A stretch of DNA of 64,000 bases from Clostridia bacterium. Its GTDB lineage: Bacteria; Bacillota; Clostridia; Oscillospirales; CAG-272. The translations under genes were made by a program, and so were the position numbers. The notes beneath the pieces were generated by a model. That model saw only the letters and a list, made by a program, of their open reading frames with translations, was not told the origin of the DNA and did no database searches. This document shows, piece by piece, positions 45,999 to 56,825 of the stretch; positions within the stretch are counted from its first letter, which is position 1; each line of letters starts with the position of its first letter. The DNA is taken from the NCBI GenBank assembly GCA_017407835.1, contig JAFQVV010000027.1, forward strand, positions 3,414 to 67,413, written 5' to 3'.

Positions 45999-46964
45999 AT
46001 GACGAATACAAAACCCGCGGTTAAGTCCGCAAAGAAAAAAAAGCGTTACGCTTCTCTTGATAAGCGCAAGGCGCGTGCGGGGTGGTTCTTTGTCCTCCCG
46101 TTCGTACTTAGCTTCCTCATCATTTATGTGCCCATCATTTTTGAGTCCATCCGTCTCAGCTTTTTCCGCATTAAGCCGGTTATCGGCGGCGGATTTGAGT
46201 TGATTCCTGTTGGCTTCCAAAACTACCAAGAGGCACTTTTCGTCGATCCTGACTTTGCTCAAACGCTTCTGACCGGTCTGCAGCAGCTCGCGTTTGACAT
46301 TCCCGCAATCGTTATTTTCTCGCTGTTTATGGCAGTGCTGCTGAACCAGAAGATGGTTGGTCGTGCGGCTTTTCGTGCAATCTTCTTTATCCCGGTTATT
46401 CTGTCCACCGGTTTGATCGAATCGATTGATGCACAAAACACCATGACCGAGTATATGGATTCGGCAAGCGGTATCAACGACGGTTCGGGTGAGAGTGTTG
46501 CCTCAGACCTTGTATCGGCCATTGATGTCGAACGGCTCTTCGCCAACATGAAGGTCGGTAAAGACCTTGTTAAATATGTTGCGGATATGATTAACAATAT
46601 TTATAATATTGTTAATCGCTCCGGCGTACAGATGCTGATCTTCCTCGCCGGTTTGCAGTCTATTTCTGCCGCGATCTATGAGTCCTGCCAGATTGACGGC
46701 GCAAGCGCATGGGAAACCTTCTGGAAGATTACCTTCCCGATGATCAGCCCCATGATCCTGGTAAACGGCATTTATACCATCATCGACTCCTTCACCTCTG
46801 AATCAAATCAGGTTATGACGTTCATTGCAAAGGTATATACCCAGACAGACGGTAATGTGCTGTCCTCGGCAATGTCGTGGATGTACTTCCTGATTGTCAT
46901 GCTGATTATTGCAGCGGTCGCAGGTGTCATGTCGGCATATGTCTTCTACCAGAGAAGGGATTAA
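45999..46964 (+). CDS. Sugar ABC transporter permease (MalF-type), pair 2, with an extra loop of about 70 aa
   Basis: EAA loop YESCQIDGASAWETFWKITFPMISP. Insertion STGLIESIDAQNTMTEYMDSASG...NIVNRSG lies before the EAA-bearing helices. The ATG at 45999 is 7 nt after GAGAGG; the GTG at 45993 is an alternative. Confidence 0.85.
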   Translation: MTNTKPAVKSAKKKKRYASLDKRKARAGWFFVLPFVLSFLIIYVPIIFESIRLSFFRIKPVIGGGFELIPVGFQNYQEALFVDPDFAQTLLTGLQQLAFDIPAIVIFSLFMAVLLNQKMVGRAAFRAIFFIPVILSTGLIESIDAQNTMTEYMDSASGINDGSGESVASDLVSAIDVERLFANMKVGKDLVKYVADMINNIYNIVNRSGVQMLIFLAGLQSISAAIYESCQIDGASAWETFWKITFPMISPMILVNGIYTIIDSFTSESNQVMTFIAKVYTQTDGNVLSSAMSWMYFLIVMLIIAAVAGVMSAYVFYQRRD

Positions 46965-46976
46965 GGAGGGGAAAAA

Positions 46977-48035
46977 ATGGACGCACAAAATATGCAAAAA
47001 GCCCCCACGGTAATGAAGGAATCCAAGAACAAAATCAGAGTTGAGTTTGAGAGAACTCCGCTCAAGGAAAGATTGAAAGCGAAATTTATTTCGACCTTCT
47101 TCCTGCAGAAGTTTGTCTGGTTTATCTTCCGTCTTGTTCTTCTGATCGGTATTTCTTATGTTATCCTGTTCCCGTTCTTCTCGAAGATTTCCGGTTCCTT
47201 CATGGCACCGGAGGACTTCGTTGATGTTACGGTCCGCCTGATTCCGAAGCATTTTACTCTGGATACCTACAAGGCTATTGTCAATGATCTTGGATATTGG
47301 GATGCATTTATCAACACATTCCTTCTTTCCCTGTCCACAGCTCTGATCCAGACCTTCGTCTGCTGCCTGATTGCTTACGGTCTTGCAAAGTTTAAGTTCA
47401 AGGGCAATGGCATCGTATTCCTTGCTGTTATCCTGACGATGATTGTTCCTCACGAAACGCTTCGTCTCTCGCTGTTTATGGAGTTCCGCTATTTCGATAT
47501 CCTCGGCATCTTCAAGCTGCTTGGCGGTGGTGTAATCGAGTCGCTGAATGTTCTGCCTTTCACCGACATCAACCTCACCAATACCTTCTGGCCCTTGATT
47601 GTTCTGTCGATCGGTGGTCTGGGCTTCAAGAACGGTCTGTATATCTTTATGCTTCGTCAGTTCTTCCGCGGTGTGCCGGATGAGCTGGAGGAGTCGGCTT
47701 ACATCGACGGTTCGGGTACGCTTCGTACATTTATCCAGATTATTCTCCCGCTTTCCATTCCGATGATGATCACGGTGTTCCTCTTTGCCTTCTCTTGGCA
47801 GTGGACCGACGACTTCTACACCACGCTGTTCTTTACCACGCAGAAGACGACGTTGATGCCCGACATTATCAGCATTCCGAAATCCCTGCAAACCAACTAC
47901 GCAGGTCAGAACTTGTATTACTCGGCAATCCGTAATACTTGCGGTCTGATGATCATCTTCCCGTTGATCATTATGTACCTCTTCGGCCAGCGCTATCTCA
48001 TTCAGGGTATCGAGCGCTCGGGTATCACCGGCTAA
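46977..48035 (+). CDS. Sugar ABC transporter permease (MalG-type), pair 2, with an N-terminal extension of about 45 aa
   Basis: EAA loop EESAYIDGSGTLRTFIQIILPLSIP. Lys-rich N-terminal cytoplasmic extension. Confidence 0.85.
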   Translation: MDAQNMQKAPTVMKESKNKIRVEFERTPLKERLKAKFISTFFLQKFVWFIFRLVLLIGISYVILFPFFSKISGSFMAPEDFVDVTVRLIPKHFTLDTYKAIVNDLGYWDAFINTFLLSLSTALIQTFVCCLIAYGLAKFKFKGNGIVFLAVILTMIVPHETLRLSLFMEFRYFDILGIFKLLGGGVIESLNVLPFTDINLTNTFWPLIVLSIGGLGFKNGLYIFMLRQFFRGVPDELEESAYIDGSGTLRTFIQIILPLSIPMMITVFLFAFSWQWTDDFYTTLFFTTQKTTLMPDIISIPKSLQTNYAGQNLYYSAIRNTCGLMIIFPLIIMYLFGQRYLIQGIERSGITG

Positions 48036-48069
48036 TCGAAACTTGTCGCAGGATTTATTCTGCACCCCG

Positions 48070-48101
48070 ACAGGGCGGACTTTGGTCCGCCCTGTTTTTT
48101 T
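48070..48101 (+). terminator. Rho-independent terminator of the ABC cassette (ACAGGGCGGAC-TTTG-GTCCGCCCTGT + T7)
   Basis: Read directly, 35 nt after the last permease stop. Confidence 0.88.
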
Positions 48102-48144
48102 ACATTGGCAGCTAATCTCCTTGGTAATGGGGTGGGCTTGGATG

Positions 48145-48196
48145 CAAATAGAAAAAGGGCCTCGAAACATTCATTTCGAGGCTCTTTTTCTATTTG
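48145..48196 (-). terminator. Long hairpin terminator after alaS (about 22-bp stem with one bulge, A/T runs on both sides)
   Basis: CAAATAGAAAAAGGGCCTCGAAA / TTTCGAGGCTCTTTTTCTATTTG. Confidence 0.8.
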
Positions 48197-48213
48197 TTTG
48201 GGACAGAACTGAA

Positions 48214-50844
<2,631 letters not shown>

Positions 50845-50888
50845 AATTGTATACCATAACCTTTCTGGTTGATATTCATAGATATCAT

Positions 50889-50917
50889 ATTATATCATTT
50901 TTACCGAAAAAAGTCAA
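50889..50917 (-). promoter_or_regulatory. Promoter TTGACT-17-TATAAT for alaS (minus strand)
   Basis: Read on the reverse complement; short leader. Confidence 0.65.
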
Positions 50918-51112
50918 GTAATTGCGGGAAATATCCCAATTATCTTCGGTAAAGCAGGAGATGGTTTTCAATAGAATCTGTTTTTATGTGATGTGTGGAA
51001 TGTCCGTCAACACTGCAGGTTATGGGATCGGCGCAGATACTGCGGACTGTACCGGTGCTTGTGGAGTTCTTTTTGCAAAAATGCCAATATCTGCTGAAAA
51101 ATTAAATCTTCC

Positions 51113-51141
51113 TTGCAAAAAGACGAAAAATATGGTATACT
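51113..51141 (+). promoter_or_regulatory. Promoter TTGCAA-17-TATACT for the LysR/formyltransferase pair
   Basis: Read directly. Confidence 0.6.
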
Positions 51142-51199
51142 AAATATACATATTACCTATGTGTTGGACTACATATTACGCAAGAGGCAGGATGTTTTT

Positions 51200-52120
51200 A
51201 TGAATTTACTTCAATTGAAATATGCGGTTGAGGTTGAGCGCACCGGATCTGTAACCCGTGCGGCAGAGAATCTTTTTATGGGACAGCCAAACCTTTCCCG
51301 CAGCATTAAAGAACTGGAAGAATCGCTCGGCATGGTTATTTTTCGCCGGACGGCAAAAGGGCTTACCCCCACACCTGAGGGGGAAGAGTTTTTGGCGGAA
51401 GCCAAAACGCTTCTTGAACAATTTGATGAGTTTGAGGAACGCTTCTCGGGCGGGGGAGAATCGGTGGCCTCGCGCATGAATATTTCGGTGCCGCGCTCGG
51501 ATTATATCGTTGAGGCATTTACCCGTGTGATGCGGGATGCTCCGCCTGTTCCTGCCTGTGCGCTTCGTTTCCGCGAAACAAATTCAATGCGTGCAATCAA
51601 TAATTTAGTCGAAGGAAATTATACGCTTGCGATTGTGCGATATTACCTCAATTTTGAGCCGCAATATTTGTCGATGCTCAATGATCGCGAACTGAGCCAT
51701 GAAGAGATTTTTACCTATCATCCTGTGTTGCTGGTTTCTGCCGAAAGTCCTTTGGCCAAGCTTGAGCCCGATATGCCCCTGCCGGATGATTTGATTGAGT
51801 TGGCGTATGGGGATCCGTATGCGCCGGGAGTGCCTTTTTCGCAGACGAAACGCACGATTTTCACCGATCGTCCGCGGCGTATTTTTGTCTATTCCCGTGC
51901 CAGCCGCGATGATGTACTGCACGCCATGCCCAACAGTTTCATTTGGGATACACCCGCTCCTGCTGCCGTGCTGGCACGACACGGTTTGGTTGCCCTCAAT
52001 CGCCCCACCGAGCGTCGTTATCGCGATCTGCTGATCTATCGCCGCGGGTATCACCGCAGTGAAGTGGAACAGGGATTTTTTGCCGAGCTTGATCGAATTA
52101 AAGCAGAGATGGGACAATGA
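51200..52120 (+). CDS. LysR-family transcriptional regulator
   Basis: N-terminal wHTH MNLLQLKYAVEVERTGSVTRAAENLFMGQPNLSRSIKELEESLG. Start chosen downstream of the promoter. Confidence 0.88.
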   Translation: MNLLQLKYAVEVERTGSVTRAAENLFMGQPNLSRSIKELEESLGMVIFRRTAKGLTPTPEGEEFLAEAKTLLEQFDEFEERFSGGGESVASRMNISVPRSDYIVEAFTRVMRDAPPVPACALRFRETNSMRAINNLVEGNYTLAIVRYYLNFEPQYLSMLNDRELSHEEIFTYHPVLLVSAESPLAKLEPDMPLPDDLIELAYGDPYAPGVPFSQTKRTIFTDRPRRIFVYSRASRDDVLHAMPNSFIWDTPAPAAVLARHGLVALNRPTERRYRDLLIYRRGYHRSEVEQGFFAELDRIKAEMGQ

Positions 52121-52896
52121 AAATTGTTTATTTTGGCTACGATTTGTTTGCCGATTGTTTGGAGATGCTGCCTTCTCTCGGCGTTGAGGTGATGGCGATC
52201 TACAGTTTTCCTTCCGATGGCGTTTGTGATTTCCACGACCGCGTGCGAAGTTTTGCCGAGCGGAGAGGGATTCCGTTTACGGTGAATCGTGTGACCGAAC
52301 AGGCGTTGGAGCGGCTTGCAGACGAAGGATGCACACTGATGGTCAGTGCCGGCTATGCCTATCGTATTCCGATGCGCGAAGGCGGTTTGCGCGGGATTAA
52401 CCTGCACCCTGCGCTTCTGCCTTGCGGACGGGGCGCATGGCCGATGCCCATCACCATTTTGCGCGGACTGACCGAGAGTGGAGTTACTCTGCACAAATTG
52501 GCGCCTCGCTTTGACGAAGGGGATATTTTGGCGCAGGAACGCTTTGCCCTTGCACCCAATGAGACGCTGATTACGTTGACAAAAAAGCTGCAGGCGGCGG
52601 CACCTCCGCTTTTGCGGGAATTTTTTGCCGCCCCCGAAGCGATGTGGAGAAACGCACGCGAACAGGGGGAGGGGGAGTATTGGCAGCAGCCGAGTATTTC
52701 CGATATGACAATCACCCCCTCCATGACACTGGCGGAAGCAGATCGCATTTTGCGAGCGTTCGCCGGTGCCGAATGCTTTTGGTGTGACGGGGAGATTTCC
52801 CCGCGGCGAATTCGTTCTGCGCGAGTGATGCCAGAGAAACCGTCGATATCCTCTGCGCATCGTTTGCGCGATGGATATTTAGAGATCCTTTCGTGA
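52117..52896 (+). CDS. Formyltransferase-family protein (Fmt/PurN-like catalytic domain only)
   Basis: 259 aa with GINLHPALLPCGRG and LHKLAPRFDEGDIL motifs. ATGA overlap with the LysR stop. Confidence 0.75.
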   Translation: MKIVYFGYDLFADCLEMLPSLGVEVMAIYSFPSDGVCDFHDRVRSFAERRGIPFTVNRVTEQALERLADEGCTLMVSAGYAYRIPMREGGLRGINLHPALLPCGRGAWPMPITILRGLTESGVTLHKLAPRFDEGDILAQERFALAPNETLITLTKKLQAAAPPLLREFFAAPEAMWRNAREQGEGEYWQQPSISDMTITPSMTLAEADRILRAFAGAECFWCDGEISPRRIRSARVMPEKPSISSAHRLRDGYLEILS

Positions 52897-52946
52897 GTGG
52901 TCTGCACGATCCGTGCAGGAGCGAAAAAGCTATTTTGCGGATAACA

Positions 52947-52987
52947 AAAGAAAAAGCTCTCGATGATGTTGGGAGAGCTTTTTCTTT
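52947..52987. terminator. Bidirectional terminator (AAAGAAAAAGCTCTC / GAGAGCTTTTTCTTT)
   Basis: 15-bp stem between convergent genes. Confidence 0.8.
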
Positions 52988-53011
52988 ATGTCCCTTTTGA
53001 CCGAGAAAAGA

Positions 53012-54742
53012 TTAGTAACTTGTGCCGATCCGATAGGGAAGATTGAGTGTGATATTTTTGGAGCCCGCTACTAAAAGTTCCTTTGTGGAGCTTGCATTCT
53101 GCAGATATGCACTAAATGTGCGGGTATACATGGTGGCATAATCTTTATCGCCAACCGGCCACAGAACAACGGGAGCAGCGGCAAGTCGATATGCTGCCAC
53201 AACGCCGGCATAAGCGCTGGAGCCGGTTGTGTAGCCGTGATGTGCAGTCTGAACAAAATCACTTTCGAGATAATCATCGAACATTTCGGTGGTAATGGTC
53301 AGGGCATCATTTGAGGCGTCACCGAGGAAAAGGAAACGCTGATCGGCGATGTCCACGGTAAAGACAAGCGAAGAGGTGTTAAAGTAGCTCAATACATTCG
53401 GGGCATAGCTTTCCAGCGTGTAAAGAATCTCGATTTCCGCATCGCGCAAATAAAATTTTTGACCGACATGCGCCTTGATGATTTTGCACCCCGAGAAGCG
53501 TTTGGCACAGGAGATCAAGGTCGCACCGTAGCCACCTTCGTCTGCCAGTCCTCCTTCAATGCGTGCATCATCACTGGGGAAGTTTGCAATAAAGTTTTCT
53601 AAGGTCACACGCTTGGAAAAGGCCTTGGCAAAATAGGCAAAAGCACCGTAGTGGTCGCTGTGTGAGTGGGTAATAATCCAAGCTGCAATGGTAATATTAT
53701 TCGGATCGGGGGCGTTTTTGCGCATGAAAGAATAAATCTGTCCGACATCGCGTCCGCGATTGAAGCCGCCGTCAATGACAATATAACTGCCGTCCGCGAG
53801 TTGGAAGATAAAGCTCATCCCGTTTTCTGTGGTTGAGCCTCCGGCGGTAAACTCTAAGCCGATCATGGTAAGCTTTGGTTCAACAAGCCGGTTGTAGGTG
53901 TTTTCTGTTTCGCGTATGGGCAGTGACGTTTGATTCAAGGATTCAACCGTAATTCGTGTCTCCTTGTAAGCCGCGTAATAGCCGACATTGACCACATATC
54001 TGTTATCGGTATAGGTGACAAAAAGATTGGAGACGATTTCGTTGTCTGCGTAGAGGGTATATCCGTTTTGCTCAAGCCGTTTGCGATATGCCGAATATTC
54101 TTTTGCCGATGTAGCGGAGATCACAATAAGTGTGCATCCCGTTCCTGCATCGTAAATGGAGCTCAGCTCCCCTCCCGCATAGAGAGGAAGTGCACTGGCT
54201 GCTTTGTTGGACGATGCGGTAATGTTGAAATCGGCAGGCACAGCAAGAGAATTTTCGTCAGCGAGTCTCTTGATTTGCTTGATCAGGACATCAACCGCTT
54301 TGTCCAGTGCAGTATCGGATGCGGCATTGATGACCAGTTTGTTACCGACAAAACAGATAATGTAATCTCCGTAACCAAGACCGGTCAATGCTTGCTTGGA
54401 TTCAGCATAGGAGGTATTGCCCAGCAAAATTTCCAGCGAACTGTGATCCGGCTCGGCCCCCGCACGCTTGAAGTCGGTTTTGGTACTTGGCGTGCTTCCA
54501 AACTGTGTATGGAATGCTTTGCTTAATTTTTCCGCGGCATCAAGCACATTCTGGGATGCGGAACTGCTTCGAACAATGGTAAAGTTTATCTTGCCATTGT
54601 TTACCATGAGAATGTTTCCATCTGTCCCGGCAACAGTTGTCGGAAAATTCGATGTGTCTGCAAAAATGAAGATTGTGCTGCAGCAGATCAAAAAAATAAG
54701 GGAAAGAAGCAGCGCAAGCAAAGGGCGAGAATACTTTTTCAT
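53012..54742 (-). CDS. Secreted MBL-fold protein, paralog 1 of 4 (most divergent)
   Basis: 576 aa. Same three-part architecture as the other three paralogs. Motifs THSHSDHYGAF, FLGDAS and AHHGY. Atypical signal sequence (LICC). Lacks the C-terminal G(Y/F)(E/D)(S/T)I(L/I)K tail. Confidence 0.8.
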   Translation of the reverse strand: MKKYSRPLLALLLSLIFLICCSTIFIFADTSNFPTTVAGTDGNILMVNNGKINFTIVRSSSASQNVLDAAEKLSKAFHTQFGSTPSTKTDFKRAGAEPDHSSLEILLGNTSYAESKQALTGLGYGDYIICFVGNKLVINAASDTALDKAVDVLIKQIKRLADENSLAVPADFNITASSNKAASALPLYAGGELSSIYDAGTGCTLIVISATSAKEYSAYRKRLEQNGYTLYADNEIVSNLFVTYTDNRYVVNVGYYAAYKETRITVESLNQTSLPIRETENTYNRLVEPKLTMIGLEFTAGGSTTENGMSFIFQLADGSYIVIDGGFNRGRDVGQIYSFMRKNAPDPNNITIAAWIITHSHSDHYGAFAYFAKAFSKRVTLENFIANFPSDDARIEGGLADEGGYGATLISCAKRFSGCKIIKAHVGQKFYLRDAEIEILYTLESYAPNVLSYFNTSSLVFTVDIADQRFLFLGDASNDALTITTEMFDDYLESDFVQTAHHGYTTGSSAYAGVVAAYRLAAAPVVLWPVGDKDYATMYTRTFSAYLQNASSTKELLVAGSKNITLNLPYRIGTSY

Positions 54743-54789
54743 GAAAGAATCCTTTCGTTATTGATTAGCGCAGGGAGATTTGTAAATTC

Positions 54790-54816
54790 ATTATATCATG
54801 ATGATATGTTTGTCAA
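54790..54816 (-). promoter_or_regulatory. Promoter TTGACA-15-TATAAT with TG extension, for paralog 1
   Basis: Read on the reverse complement; the spacer is short. Confidence 0.5.
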
Positions 54817-54833
54817 GGCAGATAAATATAAGA

Positions 54834-54871
54834 CGACAGGGCACCGTGTCGATTGACACGGTGCCCTGTCG
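54834..54871 (-). terminator. 17-bp perfect hairpin after paralog 2 (CGACAGGGCACCGTGTC-GATT-GACACGGTGCCCTGTCG)
   Basis: Read directly; a weak U-rich tail on the minus strand. Confidence 0.65.
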
Positions 54872-54882
54872 CGGTTGAGCGT

Positions 54883-56640
54883 CTATTTCAAAATGGACTC
54901 ATACCCGCTGGTCCCAACGGTGTAGGGCAGAAGAAGGGTAATCTTTCTCGCACCTGCGACAAAGATTTCTTTTGTGGATTCCAGATCCTGCAAATACTTG
55001 CTTTGCGGACGCTTTTCCATGCTGGCGTAGTCTTTATCGCCGACCGGCCAGAGAACAACGGGGGCAGCGGCCAAGGAATAGAGTTTTTGTACGCCGGCAG
55101 AGGTGTTGTTGGCGATGCTGACCTGATAACCATGGTGAGCCACCTGAATAAAGTCACTCTTGAGATAATCGCCATACATGGCGGAGATAATCGCACAAGA
55201 ATCGTTGGAGGCATCACCCGTGATCAGGAATCGCTGTCCTGCGATATCTACGGTAAATACAAGGGAGGTGGTGTTGAAATAATTATCCAACGATCTGGGT
55301 AAAAAGCTCTCGATGGTGTAAAGGATTTCGATTTCTGCGTCGGCAATGAAGAACTTTTGGCCGACATGTGCCTGAATTACTTCGCAGTTTTCATAGTGAT
55401 CGGCATATTGCAGTACATAGACATAACCGCCTCCTTCGGTCATGTTGTCCATTTCACGTCCCTCGTCACTGAGAAAGTTGACGATGATTCGTTCCAGTGT
55501 AACATATTTGCTGTACTGGGCGTTGAATTGTGCGAAAGCACCGTAATGGTCGCCGTGTGCGTGGGTGATAATCCATGCGGCGATGACAATATTTTTGCGG
55601 TCGGGCGCATTTTTCTGCATGAAGTTAAGAATTTGGCTTGCATCGATGGAACGGCCGAATCCGCCATCTACGACAATGAATCTGCCGTCAGAGAGCTGCC
55701 AGACACCGCACTGACCGTTCTGTGATAGGTAGTTTTCACCGGAATCATACTCAAGACCAAGCTGGGCAAATTTGGGTTCTGTTACCTTTTCATACTGATT
55801 TTCTGCTTCCAGACCGGGGAGCGTGGTTTTGGGTTCAATGATGACACGAACTTCGTTGTTATAATCATAGTACCCCACACTGAGGAGATATTGATCATTG
55901 ATATAGGTTGCAAATTTGTTATCGGTAATATCATTGCTGGTGTACAGTGAGAAGCCTTTTTGCTCGATTGCCTGAAGGTAGGTATTGTATTCGTTAACAT
56001 CGGTATCGGAGAAAAGGAGGAGCTGGCTGTCATTGCCGGAAGGATAAATCGAACTGAGTGTTGCCTTTTCATAGAGAGGGAGAACATTCAGCTCTTCCTG
56101 CTCGGCGCCGGTGATCAAAATATCACCGGGAAGCGAGAAGTTTCCCTCAGTGGCATTTTCCTTAATGTTGCTGACCAACAGTGTGATGGCACGCTCGAGT
56201 GCTTTGGGTGCCCACGCATTGATGACGAGCTTATTGCCGACTTTTTTGATGATATAATCACCGTAAGCAAGGCCTTCCAGAGCTTCTGCTGATTCCTTGT
56301 AATTGGTATTGCCTACTAAGATCTCAAGGGTGTTGGGATCATGCTCTTCGCCCTTTTTGATCCAGTCTGTGGTGATTTTGGGTGAGACACCTGTTTGTTT
56401 GGCTAAGTACTGCAGCAGAACGGTTGCGGCATTGACGGTGGTTTCATCCGCATCTTCACTGCGGACGATGATATAATTGGCAACACCGTCCTTGATCACA
56501 TCAATGTCTGTGAGGATTGCTTCAGTTTCGGGTGCTTCTGTAGTTTCGCTAATATCGTCAGAGATCGGTGCATCGTTGCAGGCGATCAGTACAGTTGCCG
56601 CAAGGAGAAGGGTGAGCAGCAATAAGAGAAATCGTTTCAT
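54883..56640 (-). CDS. MBL-fold lipoprotein, paralog 2 of 4
   Basis: 585 aa. Lipobox VLIAC. Motifs THAHGDHYGAF, ITGDAS and AHHGY. Confidence 0.82.
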   Translation of the reverse strand: MKRFLLLLLTLLLAATVLIACNDAPISDDISETTEAPETEAILTDIDVIKDGVANYIIVRSEDADETTVNAATVLLQYLAKQTGVSPKITTDWIKKGEEHDPNTLEILVGNTNYKESAEALEGLAYGDYIIKKVGNKLVINAWAPKALERAITLLVSNIKENATEGNFSLPGDILITGAEQEELNVLPLYEKATLSSIYPSGNDSQLLLFSDTDVNEYNTYLQAIEQKGFSLYTSNDITDNKFATYINDQYLLSVGYYDYNNEVRVIIEPKTTLPGLEAENQYEKVTEPKFAQLGLEYDSGENYLSQNGQCGVWQLSDGRFIVVDGGFGRSIDASQILNFMQKNAPDRKNIVIAAWIITHAHGDHYGAFAQFNAQYSKYVTLERIIVNFLSDEGREMDNMTEGGGYVYVLQYADHYENCEVIQAHVGQKFFIADAEIEILYTIESFLPRSLDNYFNTTSLVFTVDIAGQRFLITGDASNDSCAIISAMYGDYLKSDFIQVAHHGYQVSIANNTSAGVQKLYSLAAAPVVLWPVGDKDYASMEKRPQSKYLQDLESTKEIFVAGARKITLLLPYTVGTSGYESILK

Positions 56641-56692
56641 TTTTTACCTCCTGAAAATCGTGATACTTCGCAAGGAATTTGTTCCTTCTTCA

Positions 56693-56721
56693 ATTATACG
56701 AAGTGGGCGGGGGAATGTCAA
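56693..56721 (-). promoter_or_regulatory. Consensus promoter TTGACA-17-TATAAT for paralog 2
   Basis: Read on the reverse complement. Confidence 0.7.
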
Positions 56722-56781
56722 GTCGATTTGGTCGAATTCGACGAATTGCCCAATAAATGATATATTTTTCAGAGTGCAATA

Positions 56782-56810
56782 TAAGTGCCGCGTGTTGTAC
56801 GCGGCACTTA
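56782..56810 (-). terminator. 12-bp hairpin after paralog 3 (TAAGTGCCGCGT/ACGCGGCACTTA)
   Basis: Read directly; no clear U-tract. Confidence 0.5.
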
Positions 56811-56825
56811 TCGATATAGGGATAA

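Noticed and set aside
37464-48170. Minus-strand ORFs of 478, 477, 217, 238 and 455 aa inside the ABC cassette
   Set aside because: Each is antisense to a well-supported plus-strand gene and has no motif or RBS. The 46803-48170 ORF even runs through a terminator.
50845-51112. Possible T-box leader upstream of alaS
   Set aside because: The promoter lies only about 40 nt from the start codon. No T-box sequence (complement of AATTAGGGTGGTACCGCG-like), specifier loop or terminator/antiterminator could be found on the minus strand.
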